Below, one piece after another: positions 11,219-22,711 of a DNA stretch of 64,000 nucleotides. Origin of the DNA: an uncultured Candidatus Rokubacteria bacterium. GTDB taxonomy: Bacteria; Methylomirabilota; Methylomirabilia; Rokubacteriales; CSP1-6. The DNA is taken from positions 32,001-96,000 of the forward strand of contig CAVVEU010000024.1 of assembly GCA_963747235.1 (NCBI GenBank), in the 5' to 3' direction. Under the pieces are notes generated by a model. That model saw only the letters and a program-made list of their open reading frames with translations, had not been told where the DNA came from and searched no databases. Each line of letters starts with the position of its first letter. Position 1 is the stretch's first letter. The position numbers and the translations under genes are program-made.

Positions 11219-12091
11219 CTACCGCTCCAGGCGGTCGAGATCGAGGTAGCGCCACGGCAGCGCCAGCGCGGCCATGACGATGAGGGCGACGATGAAGGAC
11301 ATGGCGGCGCCCAGCCCGAGCTGGAAGGCCTGCATCTGGTTGGCGATGAGGGGGGCGATCATGACGCTCGTGGTCCCGCCGACGAGGAGCGGCACGAAGA
11401 ACATCCCGACCAGGGGCACGAAGGTCAGCGCGGCCGCCGAGACCACGCCGGGCATGGTCTGGGGCAGGGTCACGTGCCAGAAGGCGCGGAGCGGCCGCGC
11501 GCCGAGATCGCCCGCTGCGTGGAGGAGCGCCCAGTCCATCTTCTCGAGCGACGAGTAGATGGCGACCACCGCGAACGGCAGGGAGAAGTACGTCATGACG
11601 AGCACGACCGAGAACGGGCTGTAGAGGAGAAACGGCAGCGGCGCGTCGATGAGCCCGAGGGACCGCAGCCCCTTGTTGATGATGCCGCCGTGGCCGAGCA
11701 CCGCCATCCACGCGTAGGCCCGCAGCAGGCCGCTCGTCCAGAAGGACAGGATCACCGCGGCGAGCAGCACCTTCTGCCACCGCCGCGTGTAGCGCACGAT
11801 GAAGTAGGCGAGCGGGTAGGCCATCACGAGGGTCGCCGCGGTGATCACGAGCGCGGTGGCGAGCGTCCGCAACAGCACGCGTGGATACGTCCAGCTCTCG
11901 AAGAACGCGCGGTAGTTGTCGAGCGTGAACGTCGGCACGATCTGGAAGTTCCGCGTGGACCAGAAGCTGTAGAGGAACATGATGGCCATGGGCACCACGA
12001 AGAGCCCCACCTGCACCACCGCCACGGGCAGCAGGCCCCACAGGAGCGCACGCTCCCGTGGGGCCGGCCGCCCGGTCGGCCGCCGACTCAT
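11219..12091 (-). CDS. Polyamine-type ABC transporter permease (PotB-like)
   Basis: FTLDNY, AYPLAY, LLRAYAW and AAGDLGA motifs; ATG at 12091 overlaps the SBP stop. Confidence 0.88.
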   Translation of the reverse strand: MSRRPTGRPAPRERALLWGLLPVAVVQVGLFVVPMAIMFLYSFWSTRNFQIVPTFTLDNYRAFFESWTYPRVLLRTLATALVITAATLVMAYPLAYFIVRYTRRWQKVLLAAVILSFWTSGLLRAYAWMAVLGHGGIINKGLRSLGLIDAPLPFLLYSPFSVVLVMTYFSLPFAVVAIYSSLEKMDWALLHAAGDLGARPLRAFWHVTLPQTMPGVVSAAALTFVPLVGMFFVPLLVGGTTSVMIAPLIANQMQAFQLGLGAAMSFIVALIVMAALALPWRYLDLDRLER

Positions 12092-13191
12092 GAGGCGGCG
12101 AGCACCTCGTTCCAGGCCGCCGCGTACTCGTCCTGGTTGGCGGGCGCCTCGACGAGCCGCATCTTGAGCGCCATCTCCGGCTGGTCCATCAGGTTCGCGC
12201 GCACCATCTCGCTCATCCCCTGCGCCTTCAGGAGCTCGACGCCGGCCCGGTTGACCGAGCCGCGCTGCAGGCGCTGGAAGTTGGTGGCCACGTATTCCGG
12301 GCTGTGGATGTGGTTGAGCCACTTGAGCGCGGCATCGCGGTTCGGCGAGCCCTTGACCAGCATGTCGCCGTCGATCCAGCCGACGTAGCCTTCCTTCGGC
12401 CGCTCCCAGCCCATCGCGGGCCCGCCCGAGGACTGGATGGTCAGCGCCCGGCCGGGGCTCGACAGCCCGATCCACACCGTCTCCTCGACGTAGAGGCGGA
12501 GCTGCTCGTTCCAGCCCTTGGAGATGGTCGGGGCATTGCGCTTGATCTGGATCAGGACGTCCTTCGCCTTGCCGAGCTGTTCCTTGTTCATCTTGAAGGG
12601 GTCGTAGCCGAGGAGGTAGGCGGCCACCGGCCACAGGAACTCGTGCTGGTCGCTGAAGCCAACGTGGCCCTTGTACTTCTTGTCGAGGAGCGCCTCGTAC
12701 GAGGTCGGCGGGGTCTTGATCTTGTTCTTGTTGTAGATCAGCACGGTCGGGTTCCAGCCCCACGGGACCATTAACATGGCTCCTCCCGGCACTTGCAGGG
12801 CGGGGATCTTCTTGAACTCCGGGTACATGTTCTTGGCGACATTCGGGATGCTGTCGAGATGGATTGGCTCGATGAGCCCCTCCTGGTGGTAGCGCACGGG
12901 CCAGAGCCCGTCGGCCTCGAAGAGGTCGTACTGGCTCGCCCCCGACAGCTTGAGCTTGGAGAAGGTCTCGGCGTTGCCGCTCATCCCGACGTGATTGACG
13001 CGGATGCCCGAGGCGTCGAAGAACGACTTGATCCCCTGCGGCTCGACGTGCCCGCCCCAGGCGAGCCAGTTCACCGTGCCCGCCGCGGCGGCCGGCCGGG
13101 GCGATCCACCCACCGCGGCGGCGGCGGTCAGCGCGGCTCCGGTCATCGCCGCAGTCTTGAGGAATTCCCGTCGTCTCATCGATGTGCTCAT
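12088..13191 (-). CDS. Tat-exported polyamine-type ABC substrate-binding protein (PotD-like)
   Basis: RRREFLK twin-arginine signal; PWGWNPTVLIYN and PKEGYVGWID motifs. Confidence 0.85.
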   Translation of the reverse strand: MSTSMRRREFLKTAAMTGAALTAAAAVGGSPRPAAAAGTVNWLAWGGHVEPQGIKSFFDASGIRVNHVGMSGNAETFSKLKLSGASQYDLFEADGLWPVRYHQEGLIEPIHLDSIPNVAKNMYPEFKKIPALQVPGGAMLMVPWGWNPTVLIYNKNKIKTPPTSYEALLDKKYKGHVGFSDQHEFLWPVAAYLLGYDPFKMNKEQLGKAKDVLIQIKRNAPTISKGWNEQLRLYVEETVWIGLSSPGRALTIQSSGGPAMGWERPKEGYVGWIDGDMLVKGSPNRDAALKWLNHIHSPEYVATNFQRLQRGSVNRAGVELLKAQGMSEMVRANLMDQPEMALKMRLVEAPANQDEYAAAWNEVLAAS

Positions 13192-14345
13192 GCGCGCTCT
13201 CTCCTCGCTACGCCGGGGCCATTCGATGGCGTCCCGGCGGTCTGGGTTTCCGTGCCCGCGGCAAATACCCGGGCGTCCCGTTCATCCCACCAGAGATAGA
13301 CCGTCTGCCCCTCCTCGAGTCGATCCATGATCCCGCCCTCCACGCCGTTGAGCCGGTACGCGAGCACTTCCTGCCCGTCGGCGAGGCGGACGAAGTAGTG
13401 CGAGATGAAGCCGAGATCGGCGATCTTCTCGATCCGTCCCGCGAGCGGGGCCGCCGGCGCCTCGGACGGCCCCGCGGACAGGCGGACACGCTCCGGGCGG
13501 ACGAGCACGGCCACCGCGGCGCCCATCCCGAGCCCGCCCACGTGGCGCGCGCGCACGACGCCGACTCCGGAGATCGCCACGTCCGCCCCGCTCTCGCCGA
13601 GGCGCTCGATCCGGCCCGCGAAGACATTGGGCGAGCCGATGAACTCCATCACGAAGCGGTCGGCGGGGTCGCCGTAGATCTCCGCCGGCGTGCCGACCTG
13701 CAGGACCCGGCCCCGATCCATCACCGCGATGCGGTCGGACATGGACAGCGCCTCGTCCTGGTCGTGGGTCACGTACACGAAGGTGATCCCGACCCGTCGC
13801 TGCAGCCGCGTCAGCTCGGCCTGCATCTGCTTGCGGAGCTTGAGATCGAGGGCGCCGAGCGGCTCGTCGAGCAGGAGCACCGACGGCTGGTTGATCAGGG
13901 CGCGGGCCAGGGCTACCCGCTGGCGCTGCCCGCCGCTGAGCTGGCCCGGCCGCCGCTCCTCGAACCCCTCGAGCGAGACCAGGCGCAGCATCTCCTCCAC
14001 CGCGCGCTGCCGCTCGGGCCGCGGCACCTTCTTCATCCGCAGGCCGAACCCCACGTTGTCGGCCACGCTCATGTGCGGGAACAGCGCGTAGCTCTGGAAG
14101 ACGGTGTTCACGGGCCGCGCGTGCGACGGCGTGTCGCCCATGGGCTGACCGTCGATCAGGAGCGTGCCGCGGGAGGCCGTCTCGAAGCCGCCGATCAGGT
14201 TGAGGGTCGTGGTCTTGCCGCAGCCGCTCGGTCCCAGCAGCGAGAAGAACTCGCCCTTGCGGATCACGAGGTCGACGCGGTCCAGCGCCACCACGGAGCC
14301 GAAGCGCTTGCCCACATCGCGCAGCTCGACCGCAAAGCTCGCCAC
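13188..14345 (-). CDS. Polyamine-type ABC transporter ATPase (PotA-like)
   Basis: GPSGCGKTT, NTVFQSYALFPH, LSGGQRQR, LLDEPL and C-terminal TOBE domain. Confidence 0.92.
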   Translation of the reverse strand: MASFAVELRDVGKRFGSVVALDRVDLVIRKGEFFSLLGPSGCGKTTTLNLIGGFETASRGTLLIDGQPMGDTPSHARPVNTVFQSYALFPHMSVADNVGFGLRMKKVPRPERQRAVEEMLRLVSLEGFEERRPGQLSGGQRQRVALARALINQPSVLLLDEPLGALDLKLRKQMQAELTRLQRRVGITFVYVTHDQDEALSMSDRIAVMDRGRVLQVGTPAEIYGDPADRFVMEFIGSPNVFAGRIERLGESGADVAISGVGVVRARHVGGLGMGAAVAVLVRPERVRLSAGPSEAPAAPLAGRIEKIADLGFISHYFVRLADGQEVLAYRLNGVEGGIMDRLEEGQTVYLWWDERDARVFAAGTETQTAGTPSNGPGVARRERA

Positions 14346-14444
14346 CGGCTACGTCCGGATCCGGATCACGTCGGACATGTCCCGCGATTATAGCCGCTCG
14401 CCACGCCGCGCGTCGGGCAAGCGCGGTGATGACACGCGCGCGGG

Positions 14445-14930
14445 TCAGCGCGGGCGGTCGAGCGCCCGCGCGGCGGCCGCGACCGCGGCCACGATACCCT
14501 GATAGCCCGTGCAGCGGCAGAGGACGGCGGAGAGTCCGTGGCGGATCTCGTCCTCGGTGGGTGTGGGATTCGTCCGGAGCAGGTCGAGCGCGGTCAGCAG
14601 CATGCCCGGCGTGCAGAACCCGCATTGAAGCGCGTGGTGCTCACGGAAGGCCTCCTGCAGCGGATGGAGCCGGCCGGCCGTCGCCAGTCCCTCGACCGTC
14701 ATCAGCTCGGCGCCGTCGGCCTGGACCGCGAGCATCAGGCAGGAGCGGGCCGCCTCGCCGTCGACGAGCACGGTGCAGGCGCCGCAGATCCCGTGCTCGC
14801 AGCCGACGTGGGTGCCGGTCAGGCCGAGGTCTTCTCTGCAAGAAATCGACCAGGAGCTTGCGGGGCTCGCAGTGGCCCTCGCGAGGGTGGCCGTTGATGG
14901 TGAGGTGGACGGGGAGGCTGTCTCGGCCAT
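14445..14930 (-). CDS. [2Fe-2S] small subunit of a Mo-hydroxylase (HmfC/CoxS-like); frameshifted
   Basis: GCEHGICGAC, QCGFCTPG and LCRCTGY motifs. Confidence 0.9.
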   Translation of the reverse strand: MAETASPSTSPSTATLARATASPASSWSISCREDLGLTGTHVGCEHGICGACTVLVDGEAARSCLMLAVQADGAELMTVEGLATAGRLHPLQEAFREHHALQCGFCTPGMLLTALDLLRTNPTPTEDEIRHGLSAVLCRCTGYQGIVAAVAAAARALDRPR

Positions 14931-14937
14931 TGTCGTC

Positions 14938-14976
14938 CCCCTCACCCTGCCCTCTCCCCCGGGGCGGGGGAGAGGG
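14938..14976. repeat. REP-like palindrome, family A copy 2
   Basis: CCCCTCACCCTGCCCTCTCCCCC-GGGGC-GGGGGAGAGGG with an 11-bp stem; overlaps the end of the FAD subunit gene. Confidence 0.8.
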
Positions 14977-15845
14977 TGTTCAGGTGGGTGATCGCGCGGT
15001 GGAGGGCGCGGGCGGTCAGGACGCGGGTCAGGTTGCGGCGGTAGTCGGCGGAGGCGTGGATGTCGGACGGGGGCTCGACCAGCTCGGCGGCGCGGCGGGC
15101 GGCGGCCTCGACGGCCGCGTCCGAGAGCCCGTCGCGCTCCAGGATCTCCTCGGCGGCGCGCAGGCGGACGGGCATCGGGCCGGCCCCCGCCGTGACGAGA
15201 CGGGCGGAGGCGCAGCGGCCTCCTGCCGTGCCCGACGACGATGGCGGCGATCCCGACGATGGCGAAGTCGCCGTGGCGCCGGCTGAACTCCTCGAAGGCG
15301 AAGCCGGCGCCGTCCGGCATCGCGGGCAGCCGGATCTCGACGAGCATCTCGTCCGCCGCCAGCGTGGTGGTGAGATAGCCCTGGAACAGCTCACCCGCCG
15401 CCAGCGTGCGCTCGCCCCGCGGACTCCGGACGACCACCTGTCCCCCGAGCGCGGTGAGCGCGGTCGGGTACTCCGCCGCGGGATCGGCATGGGCCAGGCT
15501 GCCCCCGATGGTGCCGCGCGTAGCGGATCGGGAGATGCCCGACCAGGGTGGTCGCCTCGGCCAGCAGCGGCAGGCGGCGGCGGATCACGCGGCGAGAACT
15601 CGATCGTCCGCTGGCGCGTCATGGCCCCGATGCGGACGTGGCCCGCCGTCCTCGCGGATGTAGGCGAGGGTCGCCACCCGGTTCAGATCGACGAGGGCCG
15701 CCGGCCGGCTCAACCGGAAGTTGAGGAGGGGGACGAGGCTCTGTCCCCCTGCCAGCAGCTTGGCCTCGCCGCCGTAGCGCGCGAGCAGGGCGATGGCCTC
15801 GTCCACGCTCGCCGGGGCGTGGTAGGCGAAGCGGGCCGGCTTCAT
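14942..15845 (-). CDS. FAD-binding medium subunit of a Mo-hydroxylase (HmfB/CoxM-like); frameshifted
   Basis: MKPARFAYHAP, LAGGQSL, RRHGDFA and SDIHASADYR motifs. Confidence 0.88.
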
Positions 15846-18282
15846 GCGGGGCGGCCGGCGCGCCGCGCGCCCTCGATCAGGGCCCAGAGGCGGGTCGGCG
15901 ACATGGGCAGCTCGGTGATCCCGATGCCGAGCGGCGCCAGCGCGTCGCTCACCGCGTTGGCGATGACCGCGGGCACCGTCATCGAGCTGGATTCGCCCAG
16001 GCCCTTGGAGCCGAGCGGCGTCAGCGGCGAGGGCGAGACCACGTGGGCGATGTCGATCACGGGCGCCTCCGAGGCCGTCGGCACCAGGTAGTCCATGAAG
16101 GTGCCGGTGAGGAGCTGGCCGCCCTCGTCGTACTGGAGCTCCTCGAAGAGCGCGCCCCCGAGCCCGTGGAGGGCGCCGCCGTAGATCTGCCCCTCGGCGA
16201 TCATGGGATTGATGATGGTGCCCGCGTCGTGCACCGTCGCGTAGCGGAGGATCTTGATCGCGGCCGTCTCCGGGTCCACTTCCACGGCCATCACCTCGGC
16301 GATGAAGCCGTAGGTGTTCGAGGAGTTCACGCGGTCCTGGTCGTCCACCGGCTGCGCCACCGGCGAAGCCGAACACCGCGGTCGCCTGCAGCCCGGGCTC
16401 CATGCCCTCGGGGAGCGACGTGGTGTTCCAGTGGGCCCGTCCCGCCAGGTCCTTGATCGAGTACGACACGCCCTTGCCGCTCTTCGGTCGCACGGCCCCC
16501 GCACGGAACTCGAGCTGGTCGGCGGGGACCTCCATCAGATGCGCGGCGTAGTCGATCAGCTTCGCCTTGAGCTTCCGGGCGGTCAGGGCGACCGCGCTCG
16601 TGCCGACCGCGCCGAAGCGGCTCGAGTAGGTGCCGGAGGAGATGGACCAGAGGCGCGTGAGGGTGTCCATCTCGTCCACCACCGTCACGTCCGCCGGCGT
16701 GAGCCCCAGCTCGTCCGCCACGATCTGCGCCACCACGGTCTGGTGCCCCTGGCCCTGCGGCGTCGTGCCGAGGATCGCGGTGACGCGCCCCTGCGGGTCC
16801 ACCTTGATCGTCGCGGCCTCGACGGCGCCCGACTTGGGCAGGTACTCGGGCTTGGCCCGGAGCTGCGGATCGAGCGCGATCGCCACGTAGCCCATGTTGG
16901 AGACGGAGGGATCCACCGCCAGGGCCACCCCGATCCCGAAGAGACGCCCGGCCGCCCGCGCCGCCGCCTGCTCGCGCCGCAGCTCCGGGTAGCGCGCGAG
17001 CTCGACGGCCCGATCGAGGACCGCCGGGTAGTCGCCGCTGTCGTAGAGCCCGCCCGTGGGTGTCCGGTACGGCATCTGCGAGGGCTCTATCAGGTTGCGC
17101 CGGCGCAGCTCCACCGGGTCGAGCCCGAGCCGCTGCGCGAGGAGATCCATCATGCGCTCGGTCTCGAAGTAGAGGTGCCCGCAGGCGTACCCGCGGTTCG
17201 GGCCGGTGAGGCTCTTGTTGGTCATCACCACCGAGGCGTCCACCTCGAGGTGCTGGAAGCGGTACGGCCCCACGAAGTTGCCGACGGGGCGGAAGCTGCA
17301 TCCGGGCTCGGGGCTGCGGATGTAGCCGCCGACATTGTCGAGCCAGCGATAGCGCATGCCGAGCACGGTACCGTCCTTGTTCGCCGCGAGCTCGCGGTAC
17401 GCCACTCGATCAGTCCCACTGGAAGACGCCAGGAGATGCTCGCGCCGATCCTCGATCCACTTGACCGGCACCCCGGTGCGCCGCGAAGCCAGCGAGATCA
17501 GCGCGATATAGGGATACATCGCCGACTTGATCCCGAAGCTGCCCCCGATGTCGGTCGAGACGATGAAGCGCAGCCGGTTCTCGGGCACGCCCAGCACGCG
17601 CGCGACGAGCCCGTGCATGATGAAGGGCCCCATGAAGTTCGACCAGACGGTGTAGGCCTCCTCCACGTCGTCCCAGCGCGCGATCACCCCGTAGGTCTCG
17701 ATGGGAGTGGACCCGTACTTGGGGAAGCGGAAGCGCTCGCGGATGACGACGTCCGCCTCCGCGAAGGCCCGGTCGGGATCTCCGTAGACGAGCCGCCGGT
17801 GGCCCGCCAGGTTCGTGCCCACCGCCTCGTGGAGGATCGGCGCGTCCGGCTCGAGGGCCCGCTCCACGTCCACCACCGCGGGCAGGGGCTCGTACTCGAC
17901 GACCACCGCGTCCGCCGCGTCCTCGGCCAGATAGCGGCTCCGGGCGACCACCACCGCCACCGGCTCCCCGACGAAGCGGACCTTGTCGGTGGCCGCGCAG
18001 TGGTAGCGCACCGGCGCGGGGACGCCGACCGGGAAGGGCCGGGTGAAGCGCGCCACGTCCTCGCCGGTGATCGACGCCGACCACGCCCTCCATCCGGAGC
18101 GCCGCGGAGACGTCGTAGCCCACGATGCGCGCGTGGGCGTGCGGCGAGCGCACGATGGCGGCGGCGTGGACGTCGCCGAGCGGGGGATGGTCGTCGATGA
18201 AGTGGCCGCGGCCGGTGAGCAGGCGCGCGTCCTCGACGCGCGCGACGCGGCGGCCGATCCAGCCCGGCGGCTCTTCGCTCAT
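15842..18282 (-). CDS. Molybdopterin large subunit, 2-furoyl-CoA dehydrogenase HmfA-like; frameshifted
   Basis: RVEDARLLTGRG, TPIETYGVIA, NFMGPF, GGSFGIK, DPSVSNMGY, QGQGHQT, WSISSGTYSSRFG and KGLGE; these resemble HmfA as I recall it; no CODH AYxCSFR motif. Confidence 0.75.
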
Positions 18283-19046
18283 CGTCCCGTGTACTTCGGG
18301 GGGCGCTTCTCGAGGAACGAGGTGACGCCCTCGGCGTAGTCGTGGGTCGAGCGCAGCCACGCGTAGGCCTTCCGCTCCAGCTCCAGCGCGGTCTCGAGCG
18401 GCGCGTCGGCGCCGCGGTTGAGCACCATCTTGAGCGTGCGGAGCGCCAGCGGCGCGCGCTCGGCCAGCTCGCCCGCGAGCGCCCCCACCGCCTCGTCGAG
18501 CTTGTCGTTGGCCACCGCCTGGGTGATGAGCCCCCACGCCTCCGCGCGCTCCGCGTTGATCCGCTGCCCGGTCATCATGAACAGCTTGGCCCGCGTCATC
18601 CCGATCAGGCGCAGCGCCCGCTGGGTGCCGCCGCTGCCCGGGATCATCCCGAGCCGGATCTCGGGGAAGGCGAACTCGGACCGGAGCGTCGCGATCCGGA
18701 AGTCGCACGCCACCGCCAGCTCGAGCCCGGCGCCCATCGTGAACCCGTCGATGGCCGCGAGCACCGGCTTCCGGCATCGCTCCGCCGACGTCAGCGTGTC
18801 GCCCCATAGCTCGAGATCGGCCGGGGCCTGGTTGAGGAACTCCGCGACGTCGCCCCCGGCGCTGAAGGCCTTGCCGCCCGCGCCGCGGATCACGACGACC
18901 CGGACCGCGTCGTCGGCCTCCAGCTCCCGGAAGATGCCCGGGAACTCGTTGCGCATCGCCACCGTCATCGTGTTCATCTTGGGCTGGCGGTCGATCCAGA
19001 GCGTGGCGACGGCGCCGCGCCGCTCCGTTCGCAGAAATTCGCTCAT
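18279..19046 (-). CDS. Crotonase-family protein, 2-oxoglutaroyl-CoA hydrolase HmfE-like
   Basis: AFSAGGD, RCRKPV, MIPGSGG and PLALRTLKMVLN...DAPL...ELE..AYAWLRSTHDYAEGV motifs. Confidence 0.75.
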   Translation of the reverse strand: MSEFLRTERRGAVATLWIDRQPKMNTMTVAMRNEFPGIFRELEADDAVRVVVIRGAGGKAFSAGGDVAEFLNQAPADLELWGDTLTSAERCRKPVLAAIDGFTMGAGLELAVACDFRIATLRSEFAFPEIRLGMIPGSGGTQRALRLIGMTRAKLFMMTGQRINAERAEAWGLITQAVANDKLDEAVGALAGELAERAPLALRTLKMVLNRGADAPLETALELERKAYAWLRSTHDYAEGVTSFLEKRPPKYTGR

Positions 19047-20589
19047 CGGTGAACCTCCGTGTATTGCCCCTCCCGCAGGAGTCGGCGAAGGATTTTGCCC
19101 GAGGCCGTCTTCGGGATCTCGCTCACGAAGACGATCTTCCGCGGGCGCTTGAAGTTCGCGAGGTCCGGGCACTCGCGGCAGTGGCGGTCGAGCGTGTCGG
19201 CGGTGAGGGCGGGGGCGCCGGGCACCACGAACGCGACGACGCGCTCGCCCCAGCGTTCGTCGGGCTCGCCGACCACCGCCACGTCCCGCACCAGCGGGTG
19301 GCGGGCCAGCACGTCTTCCACCTCGACCGGGTGGACGTTCTCGCCCCCGGTGATGATCATGTCGTCGACCCGCCCCGAGACGAACAGCTCGCCCTCGGCG
19401 TCCTGAGGTAGCCCATGTCCCCGGTGAAGTACCAGCCGTCCCGCAGGGCCCGCGCATCGGCGTCGGGCCGCTTCCAGTAGCCGCGTGAACGCTTCGTCCG
19501 AGTCGAGGCAGGCGATGATCTCGCCCTTCTCGCCCGGGGACGACGGTCTCATCCGGCGCGACCCGGCGGTCCGCGCTGGCCGTGACCACCCGGAGCTTGC
19601 CGTGGACCCCGGCGCGGCCCGCGCAGCCGGGCTTGGCGTCGACCGCCGGGCGCACCGAGAAGGTGTAGATCTCGGTCGAGCCGTAGTGGTTCACGAACAC
19701 CTCGGGGCGGAACGCCTCCACGCACGCGCGGGTGAGCGGGGCGAGCATCGGCGCTCCCGCGTAGGCGAGCTTGCGCACCGACGCGACGCCGGGCCGGCGC
19801 GAAGCCGGGCGCGCGGACGAGATCGTAGTAGAGCGTCGGGATCAGGTAGAGCGCGGTCAGCCGCTCCGACTCGATCAGGGCCAGCGCGCCCTCGCCGCTC
19901 CAGTCGGGCTGGCACACGAAGCAGCCGTTCACCGCCGCCATGCTGGTCAGGGAATGGATGCCCATCGTGTGATAGAGCGGCATGACGCCGAGGGTTCGCT
20001 CGAGCCACGTGTAGCCGCACTGGATCACGTGGGCCAGCGCGCCCGCCACGTGGTTCTTGTGGGTCCGGGGCACGCCCTTGGGCCGGCCGGTGGTGCCGGA
20101 GGTGTAGAGGATCAGCGAGAGGTCGCTCTCGGTGATCTCTCGATCGGCGGCGGCTCGCCCGGACGCCAGCAGCTCGGCGAACGGCAGCGACCCCGCCGGC
20201 GCGTCGTCTCCCACGAACACGAGACGGGCCTGGTGCCCGGCGGCGGCCTCCAGCACCGCGTCGGCGGTCGCGGCCTCGAACAGGACGACGGAGGCGCCGC
20301 AGTCGTCGAGGATGTACCGCACCTCGCGCGCGGCCAGCCGGAAGCCGGCGGGCGTCGGCACGCCCCCGATCGTCTGCAGGGCCCAGTAGGCGAGCACGTG
20401 CTCGAGCCGGTTCTTGAGCACGATCAGGACGCGGTCGCCCTTGCGCACGCCGAGGCGCGCGAAGGCATGCCCGAGGCGGGTCGCCTGATCCACCAGGTCC
20501 GCGTAGGTCAACCGGCGCGGCCCGTCCACGATCGCGTCGGCCGCGGGTCGTCGCAGGCCGGCCTGCTCGAGCAGCTGGGCGAGGGTCAC
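19043..20589 (-). CDS. Acyl-CoA synthetase, 2-furoate-CoA ligase HmfD-like; frameshifted
   Basis: YTSGTTGRPKGVPR, ALAHV, ERTLGVMPLYHTMG, FVNHYGSTEIYTF, GRVDDMIITGGENVHP and PKTASGK motifs. Confidence 0.8.
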
Positions 20590-21200
20590 GGGAGGCGTCT
20601 TCCATGCGGGAGCAGGGTCTCGATCAACGCGCGCATCTCGGCGCTGTTCCACTCGCGCGCCCCGGCGGCCATGCCCGCGACCTCGCCGCCGGGCCGGACG
20701 ACGAACGTCGCCGGGATGCCCGGTCACGCGCCACGCGCCGGCGGCGCGGCTGTCGGGGTCGAGCAGGATCGGGAAGGTGAGGCCGTGATGCTGCGGATGT
20801 AGGGCTCGAGCACGGCGCGCGGCGCGCCGCGATCCACCGAGACCCCGATCACGACCAGCCCGCGCCCGCGGTATTCCTGCCAGAGGCCCTCGAGCGTCGG
20901 CATCTCGGCGGTGCAGGGCGTGCACCAGGTCGCCCAGAAGTTCAGGACGACGAGCTTGTCCGCGAAGGCTCGAGGGGGACGGCGTCGCCGTCGGGGAATC
21001 GGCGCGAGCCGCAGCGCGGGGCCGCGCTGGCCCTCCGTGAGCTCGGTGACGCCCGCCCGCTCGAACGGGTCGAGCGCCCGACGTGGTCGCGTGGTCACCG
21101 TGATGGCCGGCGCCGTCATCCGCGCGCCGCGAGGGCAGCGCCCAGAGCGCGACCGCGAGGAGCGCGACGGCCAGGCCGACGCGGAGGAGGATGCCTCTGC
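20586..21200 (-). CDS. TlpA-like membrane-anchored thiol-disulfide oxidoreductase; frameshifted, start approximate
   Basis: N-terminal hydrophobic anchor; VVLNFWATWCTPCTAEMP and FPILLDP motifs. Confidence 0.82.
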
Positions 21201-21219
21201 CGCGTCCCGCCGAGGAGCG

Positions 21220-21933
21220 TGTAGACGCCGAGCTTCTCACGGGTGACCGGGCTGTCGCGGAGCTCCGCCGAGGGCCCCTCGAACACGATGACGCCCTTTT
21301 CCATGATGTAGCCGCGGTCGCACACGCGTGAGCGCCACGCGCGCGTTCTGCTCGACGAGCAGCACGGTGACGCCGAGGCGCATCGAGCTCGCGGATCATG
21401 TCGCGGATGTGGCGGATGAGCGCGGGGGCGAGCCCCTGCGTGGGCTCGTCCATCAGGATGATGCGGGCGCCCGCCATCATCACGCGCGCGATGGCGAGCA
21501 TCTGCTGCTCGCCGCCCGACATGCGTCTTGGCGGGCTGCTCGATCCGCTCCTCGAGGCGCGGGAAGTGCCGGAAGACCTGCTCGAGGCGCTCGCCGCCGG
21601 AGCGCGGCCGTGCGGTGCGGCACCGCGGAGAGCCCCAGCTCCAGGTTCTCGCGCACGGTGAGGCCGGGGAAGATCCGGCGGTTCTCGGGCACGAAGCCGA
21701 TGCCGCGCCGCGCGATCTCGTGCGGCGTGAGCCGGGTCAGCTCGCCGCCCTCGAAGTCGATCGAGCCGCGCGTGGGCTTGAGGAAGCCCATGGCCGTCTT
21801 CATCAGCGTGGTCTTGCCCATGCCGTTCTTGCCGAGGAGCGCGACGGCCTCGCCCGGCCGGCACCTCGAGCGAGACGCCGAAGAGGATGGGCGTGGCGCC
21901 GTAGCCGGCGTGCAGGTCCTCGATCTGCAGCAT
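21220..21933 (-). CDS. Liv-type ABC transporter ATPase (LivF-like); frameshifted
   Basis: MLQIEDLHAGYG, GKNGMGKTT, MSGGEQQML and DEPTQGLAP motifs. Confidence 0.85.
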
Positions 21934-21938
21934 GCGGC

Positions 21939-22707
<769 letters not shown>

Positions 22708-22711
<4 letters not shown>

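Noticed and set aside
9174-12041. 955 aa ORF as one long protein
   Set aside because: The N-terminal part is an off-frame read-through of the permease genes; the real gene starts at 10415
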